Source: an uncultured bacterium (lineage in GTDB: Bacteria; Omnitrophota; Gorgyraeia; Duberdicusellales; CBEUCJ01). Taken from it: a stretch of 64,000 nt of DNA. Below, piece by piece: positions 1 to 10,004 of the stretch (positions within the stretch are counted from its first letter, which is position 1; the number at the start of each line of letters is the position of its first letter). The stretch is from positions 110,251 to 174,250 of the forward strand of contig CBEUCJ010000005.1 in the NCBI GenBank assembly GCA_965541615.1, read 5' to 3'. A model generated the notes under the pieces. It was given only the letters and a program-made list of their open reading frames with translations, did not search any database and was not told where the DNA came from. The position numbers and the translations under genes were made by a program.

Positions 1-537
1 AAATTTTCTGGCTAATTCAAGTTGTATTTTTCTTGATCTTCCTTTTATAGAAAACAACTTTTCTCTATCTATTTTGCCTTCTTTTTCAAAGATGGTAGGG
101 GGTAATAACTTTGCACTTAAAGGTCTTAAGATTAATCCTTTTAGATTCGTTTCTCTTTCTATTAATTCCAAAACATATTTTCTTTGAGACATACTTCTTT
201 GATTGAGCACTTCTCCTGTAACCATAAGATCTGCTTTTTCTCTTTCCATAATCTCTTTTGCTTTTTTAAAAAAATATATTTTGCAATCTATACAGGGGTT
301 TAAATTCTTACCAAAACCATATTTAGGATTCTTTAATATCTGAATGTAATCAGGCAAAACTTCTATTTCTATTAACTTTAAATTTTCTTTTTTTATAAAT
401 TCTTTAATTGGTTTGATGTCTCTCTTTATAAAAGGAGTAATAAACCTCACACAAATAGGTTCTATTCCCAATTCTTTGACTATCTTTACAGCTAAAGCAG
501 AATCTAACCCTCCTGAATATAAACAAATTGCTTTCAT
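1..537 (-). CDS. PP-loop tRNA thiolase-like protein (ThiI/MnmA-related), 3' end outside window
   Basis: Hand translation from ATG at 537: MKAICLYSGGLDSALAVK...KYGFGKNLNPCIDCKIY...TGEVLNQRSMSQ...LRPLSAKLL. It has an SGGLDS PP-loop and a CxxC motif, and the frame is open to position 1. Confidence 0.8.
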   Translation of the reverse strand, partial: MKAICLYSGGLDSALAVKIVKELGIEPICVRFITPFIKRDIKPIKEFIKKENLKLIEIEVLPDYIQILKNPKYGFGKNLNPCIDCKIYFFKKAKEIMEREKADLMVTGEVLNQRSMSQRKYVLELIERETNLKGLILRPLSAKLLPPTIFEKEGKIDREKLFSIKGRSRKIQLELARKF

Positions 538-561
538 TTAACTAAAAGATTCTAAAGATTA

Positions 562-642
562 TTATCCTAAATTTGGCTTTCTTCCTTTATTTGCTCTTTT
601 AGACCTCCAAGAAAGTTTTCTTCTTCTTTTTCTCTTAGACAT
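562..642 (-). CDS. 26-aa highly basic peptide, bL37-like small ribosomal protein candidate
   Basis: Translates as MSKRKRRRKLSWRSKRANKGRKPNLG*, with a strong SD (AAGGAGG) about 7 nt upstream. The C-terminal AN.G..PN pattern resembles actinobacterial bL37. It is below the ORF-track length cutoff. Confidence 0.65.
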   Translation of the reverse strand: MSKRKRRRKLSWRSKRANKGRKPNLG

Positions 643-643
643 C

Positions 644-1591
644 TTAAAACCTCCTTTTAATTAAAAAAATTTCTTTAAAGAACCCGCAACTCCAAAAAAT
701 ATAACTTAAAAAAGCAAGCAAAAATAATGTAAAATCAAATTTAAAATAGATTAACAAGGAAAATAGAATTATACTACACAAAATTATAAAGAATAAAACA
801 AAATTAAAAATTATGCTTAAAAAGAATAAAATTAAAAAAAATAAAGAAATTAAAGGTGTTATTTGAATCTTCCTAAAAAATCCATACTTTTTAGTTAAGA
901 ATCCAGCTGATCTTCCATACCTATACATCATTTTTAAAAAATCCTTCAAACTCTGTGGACGGTAGTGATAAACTACAGCTTTTGGATTAAAGATAAGTTT
1001 GTAGCCTTTTTTTCTCAATCTGTAATCTAACTCTACATCCTCTCCTGGCCATAAACCTTCTAAAAAACCTCCCTCTTTTAAAAAAACATCTCTTTTATAC
1101 ATCACATTGCAAGAAGGATTATGATGGGTCTCAATTAACTTTTTGTGAGTCCCTTTTTTTATATAATCTGTGATAAAACTTACCTTCTTCATAAACAAAA
1201 ATACTTTTTTCTCAAAAGGTGTAGCATCTTCTGGAATTTCTTGCCTTCCACCACAACCTACAACTTCAGGAAAACTCTCTATACCTTTAAGAAGTTCCTT
1301 AAGCCAATCTTTTGAGACTATGCAATCAGAATCTGTAAAGGCTAAAAATTCTGCACAAGTATTCTTGGCAGCTAAGTTTCTTGCAAAAGAAGGACCTCTT
1401 CCATAAGATCTTAAAATCTTTATTCTATTTTCAATTCTTTTTAAAAAATCATCATCTAAGAGATCTTTGCCATCATTTACTAAAATTACTTCAAAATCAG
1501 GATAATCTAGATTTAAAATACTTTCTATACATTTCTTAAATTTAAAAGAGACTTTTTTAAAAGGTACTATCACACAAATCTTTTTCTTCAT
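644..1591 (-). CDS. Glycosyltransferase family 2 with C-terminal membrane helices
   Basis: Motifs VIVP, VNDG, GPSFARN, FTDSDC and GEDVELDYRL, followed by a hydrophobic C-terminus. Confidence 0.9.
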   Translation of the reverse strand: MKKKICVIVPFKKVSFKFKKCIESILNLDYPDFEVILVNDGKDLLDDDFLKRIENRIKILRSYGRGPSFARNLAAKNTCAEFLAFTDSDCIVSKDWLKELLKGIESFPEVVGCGGRQEIPEDATPFEKKVFLFMKKVSFITDYIKKGTHKKLIETHHNPSCNVMYKRDVFLKEGGFLEGLWPGEDVELDYRLRKKGYKLIFNPKAVVYHYRPQSLKDFLKMMYRYGRSAGFLTKKYGFFRKIQITPLISLFFLILFFLSIIFNFVLFFIILCSIILFSLLIYFKFDFTLFLLAFLSYIFWSCGFFKEIFLIKRRF

Positions 1592-1608
1592 ATCTAAAAA
1601 AAGGTTTG

Positions 1609-2775
1609 TTAATTACGAGTATCATTTTCCATTATAAGAAAACTTATGAAAAAAGAAGAAAATATCATCTGTAAACCTAAGACCATAAGAGTTAAAGCTA
1701 GTATTGCTTCTCTTACTCTATAGAGAGGACCAAAAAGATTTTTCCACCATTCTAAAAATATAAAAAGATTTATTAAAAATCCTATTATAAAGAATAAACT
1801 TCCTAAAAAAACTCCAAATTCTACTTTAAACTTACGCATTAAAAAAAGAGTGAACCTATCATGAGATAAATACCCTTCTCTTACTCCAAAGAGTTTAGCA
1901 TAAATCCCTAAATTAAGGACTTGAAATCCTAAAAGACTTATTAAACTTCCTAAGACCATCATATGTATATCCCATTTATGTCCTAAAAAAAGGAAAGGAC
2001 CCCTTACTAAAATAAAGAGAATTATTAACCCTAAAAGAGTAAAAAATATTCCAGGAAAAATGTAAAGTTGAGTGGGAGAGAATAAAAACATAAATCTAAA
2101 GTATCTCCATGCATCTCTAAAGGGTCTGAGTTTGGATTTTCCTTTCCTTGGATAATAATTTATAGGGATTTCTGCTATCTTCATATTTTTCTGTAATGCT
2201 GAAAGTATCATCTCAATACCAAATTCCATTCCTAAGCATTTTAAATTCATTTTTTCAAAAGCAGATTTAGTAAAAGCTCTCATTCCACACAAAACATCTG
2301 AAAGTTGAGTTCCAAAGAGTTTTTTAAATACCCAAGTAATTATTGGATTTCCTATAAAACGGTGTGAAAAAGGCATAGCTTTTTTAAAAATCTTTCCTTT
2401 AAATCTTGAACCCATAACCAGATCATAACCTTCTTTTAAAAGTTGAATAAATTTAGGAATTTCATAAAAATCATAAGTATCATCTGCATCTCCTATAATA
2501 ATGTACTTTCCTCTTGCTTGTTTTATTCCTTTTAAGTAAGCTGCTCCATAACCTCTAACAGGCTGCAAAACGACTTTAGCACCTAAATTTTTGGCAATCT
2601 CAACAGAGTTATCAGTAGAACCATTATCAGCTACTATGATCTCTCCTTTCAAATTCTCTTTAGAAAAAACATCTTTAATTTTTTTAATACAACTAGCTAT
2701 ACCCTCTTCTTCATTCAAACAAGGCAGAACTACTGAGACTTCTATTTCATTCAAAGTATCTTGTGTCATTTCCAC
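1609..2775 (-). CDS. GT2 polyprenol-phosphate glycosyltransferase (DPM1-like) with C-terminal TM domain
   Basis: Motifs VVLPCLNEE, DNGSTD, GYGAA, GDADDTYD, VMGSRF and EIPINYYPRKGKSKL, followed by four hydrophobic segments. Confidence 0.9.
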   Translation of the reverse strand: MEMTQDTLNEIEVSVVLPCLNEEEGIASCIKKIKDVFSKENLKGEIIVADNGSTDNSVEIAKNLGAKVVLQPVRGYGAAYLKGIKQARGKYIIIGDADDTYDFYEIPKFIQLLKEGYDLVMGSRFKGKIFKKAMPFSHRFIGNPIITWVFKKLFGTQLSDVLCGMRAFTKSAFEKMNLKCLGMEFGIEMILSALQKNMKIAEIPINYYPRKGKSKLRPFRDAWRYFRFMFLFSPTQLYIFPGIFFTLLGLIILFILVRGPFLFLGHKWDIHMMVLGSLISLLGFQVLNLGIYAKLFGVREGYLSHDRFTLFLMRKFKVEFGVFLGSLFFIIGFLINLFIFLEWWKNLFGPLYRVREAILALTLMVLGLQMIFSSFFISFLIMENDTRN

Positions 2776-5282
2776 TTTATTTTAAATATATAAATTCCAT
2801 TCTTATCATCTAAATAAAACGGCTCAAAATATTTAAGTCCTTCTCCTTTTAAAAAATACAATCTAACTAAAAGAGATTTTCCCAATTCTTCATCTAAAAA
2901 TATAGATTTATATTCATTTTCTTTTAAAATTATTAAAGCTGAAATAAAAGAATCTGAATCTTTAAATTCTATCTTTTTAAACTTACCATCTTTAAAAACA
3001 AATATACTCTTTAAAGTCTTATACTCACCTATTTGAGGCGAAAAAAAGATAGCATAATCTGAATTTAAGTTATAAACTAAACCATTGTCAAAATAAACTA
3101 AATCATCCTTTCTTTCTCCTTTACTTAAAGAAGAGTAAAATCTATTTCTATGAGATAAACTCTCATAAAAATCTTTGCTACCAACTATAAGTGCCATCTC
3201 TTCAAATAAAATTTCAGCTTCTTTTTCTTTTAATTTAAATATCTCTTTTAATCCTTTTAAAATTTCTTCTCTTTTTTTATGAGCAGATATACTCTTTTCA
3301 ATATACACTTTTCTAAAATCCCAATTTCCTAAAAAAGATATAGATGGAATTTTAGAAATCATGCTCTTATCTACTATAAAGTAAGCAGGTTGAGGGACTT
3401 CAAACAAGATTTTTAAAACTTTCTCAGTTACATGAAAAGGAATTTGAGCTTTTTCTAACATATATTTTGCTTTTTCTCTATCAGAATTTAATAACTCTTT
3501 TAAAAAAATTATACATTCAAAAGGATTTTTTATATATCTGTTTAAGATAAAAAATAATCTATCAGAAGAATTGTTCATCATTCTTAATATTCTTAAAGCC
3601 TTTTCTTCATTATTACTTAATAAAACCTGTGCCATCCAGTAAGCAAGGGGTCTATTCTGAGTCTGTCCATCAAATATTACTCTTCTTTTTCCTATCGTTT
3701 TAAAAAAATTTCCATAATCCCACCAAGAGTTAATTATAGAATGAGGAGGTGTGTGATCTTTAACATAATTTAAGGCTTTATACCAACCATCATTCATCGT
3801 AGGATATAAAGAAAACATATCTTTAAATGCGTATTTTAAAAACTTAAATCCTGCATATAAGAGAAACAAAGAAAAGCAAACTCCAAGCCAATTTTTCTTT
3901 AAATCTTTAAAATAATTAACATTTATAATTTGAGAAGATATTTCTCCTACAAAGACTCCAAAGAAGATACCTAAAGGTATGCTTAGAAAACCTACAAATC
4001 TTATCGCTTTATAAGAAGCAGGTATCATAAACATCATCCATAAAATCATCATGCATACAATATCTTTCTTTTCTGATCTTCTCTCTTTAATGAATAAATA
4101 AAGTGCTATAAATAAAGAAAAAATACAGATAAATTTTCCATATAGAGCTTTTGCTATTTCTTGAGATGAAGCTTTTTTGAGTTCTGCGACTGTATAGTAA
4201 ACATTAGGCCAAATTGAAATTTTGAGAGGGGTGCCTAAATTTAGGTTCTCTTTTATTTTAAAGAAAATATCTGTAAATATATTTATATGGTAAAGAATAT
4301 AGCAAAACACAAAACTTCCTATTAAAAATATTCCAAAAGAAATAAGATATTTTTTTACCTCTTCAGAAAGTCTTTTGTTAATTAAATAAAAATTTATTAT
4401 ACTGTAAAAATAAAATCCAACTATTACTACAAATATCCACCAGTATCCTAACCGCCAGCTACTCAAAATTCCAAAGGTAAGAGAAGCAAGAACTGGATAT
4501 AAAACAAACTTTATTCTTTTTGCATTTTTTTTGAAAGAAAAATATAAAAGGAAAACGATTATCAAAGGTAAAGTCATAAGCATTGTATCATAATCAAACC
4601 ATCCTACACAGCTCCTTTTTAAAATAAAACCATTCAGCCCTATAAAAAGTGTACCAAAGAAAGCTCCTAAATCATTTGAGAGTTCTTTAATACCTAAATA
4701 CACTATAGTTAAAAATATAAAAGAATAAAACAAAGGTAACCAAAAAATAAATTTATATAAAGATATCTTTTTGAAGAAATTAAAAATTTTGTATAAGTAA
4801 GCTGAAGGATAAAAGAAAAAATCAGTTACTGGTTCAGAAACCAATCCTAAAGGTGCAAGTAAATATTCATAATAGATTAGTCTTCCTATTCTTTTTTTTC
4901 CTGGACATCTATTCTTTAAAATATTTTCCACACGACGTAACCATTCATATGAATCTGCACCTAAAAGATATGTTTGACCATTTTCATCTTGAAAGTAATC
5001 TTTTAATACTCTATATCTTTTTTTAACCATCTCTCTAAGTTCTTTAGCACCTTCTTTTTTCATTCTTTTTACAGCCATTTTAATTAATTCTTTCTTAACT
5101 AAAGGACTAAACTGAGAATAGTTTTTCTCTATTAACTTATATACATTTTGCAAAAAATTTTTTTCTAATTCTTTTTTTGCTCTATTTTTGAGTTGAGGGA
5201 GCTGAGCAGGAATTATTCTAAAATAAAGATTTATCCCTATACATGAAATAAAAAGAGATAGAGTTATTATCCTTTTTTTCAT
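2766..5282 (-). CDS. STT3/AglB/PglB-family oligosaccharyltransferase
   Basis: WWDYG motif (NSWWDYGNFF), N-terminal GADSY, GWFDYD (DxD) and TVAEL, with a multi-TM N-terminal half and a soluble C-terminal domain. Confidence 0.88.
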   Translation of the reverse strand: MKKRIITLSLFISCIGINLYFRIIPAQLPQLKNRAKKELEKNFLQNVYKLIEKNYSQFSPLVKKELIKMAVKRMKKEGAKELREMVKKRYRVLKDYFQDENGQTYLLGADSYEWLRRVENILKNRCPGKKRIGRLIYYEYLLAPLGLVSEPVTDFFFYPSAYLYKIFNFFKKISLYKFIFWLPLFYSFIFLTIVYLGIKELSNDLGAFFGTLFIGLNGFILKRSCVGWFDYDTMLMTLPLIIVFLLYFSFKKNAKRIKFVLYPVLASLTFGILSSWRLGYWWIFVVIVGFYFYSIINFYLINKRLSEEVKKYLISFGIFLIGSFVFCYILYHINIFTDIFFKIKENLNLGTPLKISIWPNVYYTVAELKKASSQEIAKALYGKFICIFSLFIALYLFIKERRSEKKDIVCMMILWMMFMIPASYKAIRFVGFLSIPLGIFFGVFVGEISSQIINVNYFKDLKKNWLGVCFSLFLLYAGFKFLKYAFKDMFSLYPTMNDGWYKALNYVKDHTPPHSIINSWWDYGNFFKTIGKRRVIFDGQTQNRPLAYWMAQVLLSNNEEKALRILRMMNNSSDRLFFILNRYIKNPFECIIFLKELLNSDREKAKYMLEKAQIPFHVTEKVLKILFEVPQPAYFIVDKSMISKIPSISFLGNWDFRKVYIEKSISAHKKREEILKGLKEIFKLKEKEAEILFEEMALIVGSKDFYESLSHRNRFYSSLSKGERKDDLVYFDNGLVYNLNSDYAIFFSPQIGEYKTLKSIFVFKDGKFKKIEFKDSDSFISALIILKENEYKSIFLDEELGKSLLVRLYFLKGEGLKYFEPFYLDDKNGIYIFKIKWK

Positions 5283-5291
5283 AATTTCTAA

Positions 5292-5340
5292 ATTATAACA
5301 TTTTTCTCCACTTGTATGAAAAAGAATTTGATGGTATGAT
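5292..5340. promoter_or_regulatory. Overlapping divergent sigma70-like promoters for the OST gene (-) and cheC (+)
   Basis: + strand: TTGTAT(5312-5317)-17bp-TATGAT(5335-5340) with a TG extension. - strand: TTCATA(5320-5315)-17bp-TATAAT(5297-5292). Confidence 0.5.
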
Positions 5341-5371
5341 TATTTAATTTAATAAAAAGGAGGTGTTAAAA

Positions 5372-5989
5372 ATGAAAGATGAAATGGACATATTAAAAGA
5401 GATTGGTAACATAGCTGCAGCTCATGGTAGCATTGCTCTATCAGAAATATTAGGAAGAAAGATCGTTCTAAATGTGCCTGTAGTAAGAGTTGTATCTTGT
5501 AAAGAAATAGAAGAGACTGTTCACATAAAAGGAATGAGTATTGCTCTGCAGAATAAAATTTTAAGTGGTTTAAAAGGTAAAGTTATTTTTGTTTTAGAAG
5601 AAAAAAGTGCTTATAGATTTATAGATATATGTTATAAATTTGATAAGGAAATTAAAAAGGGAAGTATATTTACTGAAATTGGTATGTCTTTAATAAAAGA
5701 AATAGGTGGAGTTGTAATTTCTACTTACATTAATGCTTTAGGATACTATTTAAGGAAAATAATCGTGCCTTCATTACCTGTTTTAATCAATGCTCCTTTT
5801 TTTGAGATAATAAAAATTATTACTTCTGATTATAAAGCTTTAGATTCTCTAGTAGTAATTGAAAGTAATTTTGAAGAAGTTAAAGAAAAGATTAAAGGTG
5901 ATTTTTGGCTATTACTCACTCCTGAAGCAGCACAAGATATAACTTCTTCTTGCAAAAAACTCCTTGAAAGTTTTGAAAAAAAATTATGA
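5372..5989 (+). CDS. cheC: Chemotaxis phosphatase CheC-family protein
   Basis: DILKEIGNIAAAHGSIALSEILG and SLIKEIG motifs. The SD AGGAGG at 5358-5363 favours ATG 5372 over GTG 5363. Confidence 0.85.
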   Translation: MKDEMDILKEIGNIAAAHGSIALSEILGRKIVLNVPVVRVVSCKEIEETVHIKGMSIALQNKILSGLKGKVIFVLEEKSAYRFIDICYKFDKEIKKGSIFTEIGMSLIKEIGGVVISTYINALGYYLRKIIVPSLPVLINAPFFEIIKIITSDYKALDSLVVIESNFEEVKEKIKGDFWLLLTPEAAQDITSSCKKLLESFEKKL

Positions 5990-6277
5990 AACAAGAGGAA
6001 GAGTACTTACCTTTTCAAATCTTACTGCTATCTCCCATTTATTAGGGTCTTTTTGTTGAGTGCGAATGACTCTACCTTTTACAAAGAAAGGGTTTAATTG
6101 AGAGAGAACTTTAAATTCACCATATATTAAACTGCCTATCTCTAAAGGCTGATCAGAAAAAAATCTCATACCACCTGCACTAACATCTAAAAGACTAACT
6201 TCATTCTTTACACCTTCATAAGAGATAGTAGCTTTATTTTGAGTATACCACCTGTTAAACTTCCTTTTCTCTTCCAT
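5984..6277 (-). CDS. PilZ domain protein (c-di-GMP receptor)
   Basis: EKRKFNR (RxxxR) and DVSAGG (DxSxxG) motifs, with an SD GGAGG upstream. Confidence 0.9.
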   Translation of the reverse strand: MEEKRKFNRWYTQNKATISYEGVKNEVSLLDVSAGGMRFFSDQPLEIGSLIYGEFKVLSQLNPFFVKGRVIRTQQKDPNKWEIAVRFEKVSTLPLVS

Positions 6278-6293
6278 AATAACACCTCCTTTT

Positions 6294-6911
6294 TTATTCT
6301 TTTACTCCCAACTTTTCAAGTAACTTTACTAAAGACTCCATTTCAGGAAAGAATAAAATTAATCCCTGAAAATCTATACCTTCAATTTCTAATTGAGTCT
6401 TTATGAATATAACTTCTTCTGCATATTGAGCTACTTGTATAAAGAAGAAATCTAAGAGTGCTCCTACCATATCTATTGCTAAAGATGGAGGATTATATAA
6501 AAATACCAAATTTGTCATCTCTGAAAGAACATTAAAGTATGCAGCTGTAAGGATGTTTGTAATTTCTTTTAATGAAGATTGAAAAAGGGAGTCTCTTATG
6601 TCTATTTCTTCAGGTTTTTTATTTAATAATGAAGCTCCTAAGACTTTAGCTTGATTAGGAGGTAAAAGAAAAAACCATCTTCCTTTAATCTCACCTTCCA
6701 TATTAACATCTAAAACAAAAAAGAGGTCATCTGGTTTTCCTAAAACTTTATTGAGTAGTTCTAAAGGGAATATTTTTACTTCAGGCACATTAATCTCTAC
6801 CTTGCAATTTAACATTTCAGCTAAAGCAGTAGCTGCTCTTCCTGCACTGATTGTACCTATCTCTTTTAAAGCATCTAAATGGACAAGAGAGATTTTCTTT
6901 TTTTCATTCAT
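6294..6911 (-). CDS. cheC: Chemotaxis phosphatase CheC
   Basis: DALKEIGTISAGRAATALAEML and SSLKEITNIL motifs. Confidence 0.88.
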   Translation of the reverse strand: MNEKKKISLVHLDALKEIGTISAGRAATALAEMLNCKVEINVPEVKIFPLELLNKVLGKPDDLFFVLDVNMEGEIKGRWFFLLPPNQAKVLGASLLNKKPEEIDIRDSLFQSSLKEITNILTAAYFNVLSEMTNLVFLYNPPSLAIDMVGALLDFFFIQVAQYAEEVIFIKTQLEIEGIDFQGLILFFPEMESLVKLLEKLGVKE

Positions 6912-7947
6912 TTTGAATCTCCTCTATTATCTTTTTAGGAATCTCTTTTAAAGGTAAGATTTTGTCTGCTAAACCAGCTTCAGCTACCATTTTTGGCATT
7001 CCATAAATTATAGAAGTCTTTTCATCTTGAGCAATTATTTTCCCTCCTCTTTCTTTTATCTTTTTGGCTCCTTCTAAACCATCCTTTCCCATACCAGTAA
7101 GTATAACACCTATGATCTTACCATTAAAATTTTCAGCTGCAGAACTCATAGTAATATCTATAGCAGGTCTTACATAATTTACCAAAGGAGTTTGATCTAA
7201 TCTTATGCAATATTTTTCATCTTCTTCACATATCTTTTCTATTAACATATGATATCCACTTGGAGCTACATAAGCTGTTCTGTTTGTAAGTAAATCACCG
7301 TCTTCAGCTTCCTTTGATCTAATCTGAGAATGCCATGAGATCCTTTCAGCAAAACTTCTTGTGAATCCAGAGGGCATGTGTTGAACTATTAAAAAACTAG
7401 CATCTATATCAAAAGGTATTTCTTTCATTATCTCTAATATCGCTTTAGGGCCACCTGTAGAAGCTCCAATTATTACTAAATTTTTTATCTCCAAAGCCTC
7501 TTTTGCAGGTGTAATTTCTTTTATTATTTCTTTAGATCTTTCTATATCTATTGTAGCTACAAATTTAATTTTAGTAATTATTTCCTCTTTAAATTTGTGA
7601 AGATCTAAAGAGACTTCTCCTGAAGGCTTTGGAATAAACTCTAAAGCACCTAACTCTAAAGCTTTAATTGTGATGTCAGCTCCTTTTTGAGTATAAACTG
7701 AGAGCATAACTACTCTGGTAGGAAATAATTTCATTAATCTTTTAAGGACTTCTAATCCATTAATGTCTGGTAGATTTACATCTAAAGTGACTACATCTGG
7801 TTTTAACTGAGGGATAAGTTCTAAAGCTTTTTCTCCTAAAATACTCTTTCCTATAACTTCAATCTCTGGGTCACTCGATAAAATATCTGAAATAATCTTT
7901 TGCATTAAAATAGAATCTTCAACTATAAAGACTTTTATTTTCTTCAC
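6904..7947 (-). CDS. cheB: Chemotaxis methylesterase CheB (receiver plus methylesterase)
   Basis: REC domain followed by GASTGGP, VQHMP and LTGMGKDG catalytic motifs. Confidence 0.95.
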   Translation of the reverse strand: MKKIKVFIVEDSILMQKIISDILSSDPEIEVIGKSILGEKALELIPQLKPDVVTLDVNLPDINGLEVLKRLMKLFPTRVVMLSVYTQKGADITIKALELGALEFIPKPSGEVSLDLHKFKEEIITKIKFVATIDIERSKEIIKEITPAKEALEIKNLVIIGASTGGPKAILEIMKEIPFDIDASFLIVQHMPSGFTRSFAERISWHSQIRSKEAEDGDLLTNRTAYVAPSGYHMLIEKICEEDEKYCIRLDQTPLVNYVRPAIDITMSSAAENFNGKIIGVILTGMGKDGLEGAKKIKERGGKIIAQDEKTSIIYGMPKMVAEAGLADKILPLKEIPKKIIEEIQNE

Positions 7948-8441
7948 AATTCTCTCTCTCCTTGAAAAATAGTCCTAACCTTTACTTTTCCACTATCTAA
8001 ATCAAAGAATATAGTCCTTCCAAAGTTACCTCCTACATCTTCTGCTATAATTTTTATACCAAAAGAATTTAATACCTCTCTTGCCATACTTATATTCCTT
8101 GCTCCTATATTGAGAGGGCTTTCAGGTGGTATTGAAGCGAACATATGCGCACCACCAAAGATTTTTGCTGTAAGATTTTTAATTAAACTTCCTCTCTTCT
8201 TAAACTCTTCTAACATTAAAGAAATACTGCTATCTACAAATTTAAAAGGATTACTTTTAAACCTAGCATTTTTAATACTCGGTAACATTGGATGAGCTAA
8301 AGCTCCAATTTTCTTAAAACTATCATAGAGTACTATTCCTACACATGAACCCAAACCTCTGGTAACCAAAATATTTGGAGCTTCAGATATTCTCATCTCT
8401 GCTATCCCGATCTCTATTGTAAGCTTAGAATCTTGTTGCAT
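7944..8441 (-). CDS. cheD: Chemoreceptor glutamine deamidase CheD
   Basis: GLGSCVG, AHPMLP, AKIFGGAHMF, NIGARN and EDVGGNFGRT motifs. Confidence 0.95.
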   Translation of the reverse strand: MQQDSKLTIEIGIAEMRISEAPNILVTRGLGSCVGIVLYDSFKKIGALAHPMLPSIKNARFKSNPFKFVDSSISLMLEEFKKRGSLIKNLTAKIFGGAHMFASIPPESPLNIGARNISMAREVLNSFGIKIIAEDVGGNFGRTIFFDLDSGKVKVRTIFQGEREL

Positions 8442-8443
8442 CT

Positions 8444-8818
8444 TTATTCTCCTAATACTCTTTTAATAGCTTCTACTACTCTGGAAGGCTGAAAAGGTTT
8501 AACGATAAAATCTCTTGCTCCTGCCTGAATTGCTTCTACTACCAAAGCGTGTTGGCCCATAGCTGATACCATTATGATTTTGGCATTGGGGTCTATTTTC
8601 ATAATTTCTCTTACAGCTGCGATTCCATCTATCTCTTCCATCTTAGGCATTACTATATCCATTGTAACTACATCTGGTCTTAATTCTTTATATTTTTCGA
8701 TAGCTTCTTTTCCATTCTCAGCTTCTCCACATATCTCAAAACCTTCTTTTTTTAAAATATCTGCTAGCATCTTTCGCATAAAGAGAGCGTCATCTACTAT
8801 TAATATTCTCGGAGCCAT
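8444..8818 (-). CDS. cheY: Chemotaxis response regulator CheY
   Basis: IVDDALFMR, TMDIVMP, VSAMGQ and FIVKPF motifs (Bacillus/Thermotoga-type CheY). Confidence 0.93.
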   Translation of the reverse strand: MAPRILIVDDALFMRKMLADILKKEGFEICGEAENGKEAIEKYKELRPDVVTMDIVMPKMEEIDGIAAVREIMKIDPNAKIIMVSAMGQHALVVEAIQAGARDFIVKPFQPSRVVEAIKRVLGE

Positions 8819-8821
8819 AAC

Positions 8822-9658
8822 TCACCTCCCTGTTTTTTTAAATATTTTATTGGTAATATCTACTGGTGTAAACAGCTTTTTTAAAGAAAAATCTATGGTC
8901 TCTACTTTACCTAAAATTAAATATCCATCTTTTTTCAAACTTTTATAAATTTCTAAAAGGATATCTTTGGCTTTTAAAGGATCAAAATAAATCCTTAAAT
9001 TTCTAAAAAATATTACATCCATGTTTCCTAAAGGTCTTTGCGTAAGAATATTATGTTTTTTAAAAATGACCATCTTTTTTATTTCATCTTTAACTCTATA
9101 AAGACTGTCTGAAATTTTTATGAAATAATTTTTTAAAAAATATTCATTTAATCTTTTTAAAGAATTCAAAGTATACTCTCCTTTCTTGGCTATCTCTAAA
9201 GCTTCTTCGTCTATGTCTGTAGCCCAGATACTCAGTATGAAATTATTAATTTTTTCTTTCAGTGTCTCTCTAAAAACAATAGCTAATGAATAAGGTTCTT
9301 CTCCACAACTACAACCACAAGACCAACATCTAATAATTTTTTGTTTTTTTTCTTCTTTTCTTTTAATTAATTCTGGAATGCATATTTTCTGAAATTGGAA
9401 ATAAACTTCTGGATCACGAAAAAATTCTGAAACATTTATGTTAAGATTATCTAAAAAATATCTCCATTCTTGAGGATCTTTTTTTATTAAATAGAAATAT
9501 TCAGTTAAATTTTTTATGTTTCTTTTAGCCATCCTTATCTTAGTCCTTCTTAAAAGAAAACTTTTTCTATAAGAACTTAAATCTACCCCTTTAATTCTTT
9601 TAACAGAATCTAAAAATTTTTTTAACTCTCTTTCAGTTTCTATATCGAGTTTTACCAC
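8822..9658 (-). CDS. cheR: Chemotaxis methyltransferase CheR
   Basis: INVSEFFRD, WSCGCSCGEEPYSLA, ATDID and FRNLRIYF motifs. Confidence 0.93.
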   Translation of the reverse strand: MVKLDIETERELKKFLDSVKRIKGVDLSSYRKSFLLRRTKIRMAKRNIKNLTEYFYLIKKDPQEWRYFLDNLNINVSEFFRDPEVYFQFQKICIPELIKRKEEKKQKIIRCWSCGCSCGEEPYSLAIVFRETLKEKINNFILSIWATDIDEEALEIAKKGEYTLNSLKRLNEYFLKNYFIKISDSLYRVKDEIKKMVIFKKHNILTQRPLGNMDVIFFRNLRIYFDPLKAKDILLEIYKSLKKDGYLILGKVETIDFSLKKLFTPVDITNKIFKKTGR

Positions 9659-9661
9659 AAT

Positions 9662-9925
9662 TTAATGTTGAGGGTTATTTTTAACTATCTCTATAGCTTT
9701 GGTCACTTCTTTAGTCACATCTGCTTTTAATTGTAACTCTAATTCGGATAATTTAGTGTATATTCTTCCCTTTTGAGTGACGACATACTTAGGAGGTAAT
9801 CTATTCAAAGCTAAAGCCATCATGTCTAACTTACATTTCTCACATTTACACACATCTTCTCTTTCAGCAAGGATTTTTTCTAAAATACTTTTAACTATAT
9901 CTTCCATATAGTTATGAAGTTCCAT
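9662..9925 (-). CDS. ComFB-family protein (late competence development ComFB / cyclic-dinucleotide-binding family)
   Basis: MELHNYMEDIV...CKCEKCKLDMMALALNRLPPKYVV...IVKNNPQH matches the ComFB signature. Confidence 0.88.
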   Translation of the reverse strand: MELHNYMEDIVKSILEKILAEREDVCKCEKCKLDMMALALNRLPPKYVVTQKGRIYTKLSELELQLKADVTKEVTKAIEIVKNNPQH

Positions 9926-9965
9926 TTTTCAAACCTCCTTTTTGAAGTCTTAAAAGTAATATTTT

Positions 9966-9994
9966 ATGATACTTTTTATATTTAAATGCGTCAA
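9966..9994 (-). promoter_or_regulatory. sigma70-like internal promoter upstream of comFB-cheR-cheY-cheD-cheB-cheC-pilZ
   Basis: TTGACG-17bp-TATCAT on the - strand in the cheA/comFB gap, followed by an SD AGGAGG. Confidence 0.65.
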
Positions 9995-10004
9995 ATAAAA
10001 AAAT

